DNA from: an uncultured Eubacteriales bacterium | Lineage (GTDB): Bacteria > Bacillota > Clostridia > Oscillospirales > UBA644 | Length of the DNA stretch: 64,000 bases | Assembly (NCBI GenBank): GCA_959604355.1 | Contig: CAUHAO010000008.1 | Span: 1,784 to 65,783, forward strand | Direction of reading: 5' to 3' | Part shown: piece by piece, positions 63,700 through 64,000 of the stretch | Layout of the letters: each line of letters opens with the position of its first letter | Position numbering within the stretch: the stretch's first letter is position 1 | Made by a program: the position numbers and the translations under genes | The notes under the pieces: generated by a model | What the model was told of the DNA's origin: nothing | Seen by the model: only the letters and a program-made list of their open reading frames with translations | Databases searched by the model: none

Positions 63700-64000
63700 A
63701 TGGCACTTGACGGAATAATGATGCGCGCGCTTTGCCACGAATTGCGCGCCGCTCTTGTCGGAGGACGGGTAGAGAAGGTAAATCAGCCCGAGCGCGACGA
63801 GATAATACTCAACATACATAACAAGACGGGGATGAAGCTGCTGCTGTCGGCTGACCCGTCTCACGCGCGTGTGCATCTGACGCAGGTGACGAAAGAGAAT
63901 CCCGCCGTCGCGCCGAATTTCTGCATGCTGCTGCGCAAACACCTTGTCGCGTCGCATATCGTCGACGTGTCACAGCCCGGTTTCGAGCGCGTACTGATAA
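63700..64000 (+). CDS. rqcH: Ribosome quality-control protein RqcH / fibronectin-binding protein A family (NFACT-N), 5' partial
   Basis: MALDGIMMRALCHELRAALVGGRVEKVNQPERDEIILNIH... It runs off the window end. Confidence 0.85.
   Translation, partial: MALDGIMMRALCHELRAALVGGRVEKVNQPERDEIILNIHNKTGMKLLLSADPSHARVHLTQVTKENPAVAPNFCMLLRKHLVASHIVDVSQPGFERVLI

Overview
This looks like a chromosomal segment from a fairly GC-rich, spore-forming Firmicute, probably a Clostridia or Oscillospiraceae-like anaerobe. That assignment is inferred from gene content only. The centre (10263-25743, + strand) is one uninterrupted S10-spc-alpha ribosomal cluster: rpsJ to rplO, secY, adk, map, a KOW-domain gene, infA, rpmJ, rpsM-rpsK-rpsD, rpoA and rplQ. 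It is preceded by about 1.1 kb of repeat-filled non-coding DNA, a consensus promoter and a roughly 370-nt leader containing an intrinsic terminator. To the left are a small phage-type three-gene module, ligA, yunB and a rod-shaped structured RNA candidate. To the right are a low-GC two-gene insertion (amidase-domain protein and lipoprotein), argG-argH-argF, a Cys-rich protein next to an XRE/mini-ImmA pair, tspO, a Znu-type zinc ABC importer and a SipW-type peptidase homologue missing both catalytic residues. Further right are nrdG, an nrdD with a fused C-terminal NrdH-like redoxin domain followed by trxB, a TetR/E2-like acyltransferase/adenylate-forming enzyme operon, degV, htrA, a class A PBP coupled to a triple-LamG membrane protein, SIS and ROK sugar genes, trmK, a Nif3-family gene and the 5' end of rqcH. 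There are no rRNA, tRNA, CRISPR, transposase or integrase genes. Intergenic regions hold unusually many unrelated tandem arrays and a dispersed family of stacked GC hairpins. All calls rest on reading the ORF track and the sequence by eye, with no searches or folding run. Coordinates of non-CDS features may be off by 1-2 nt.
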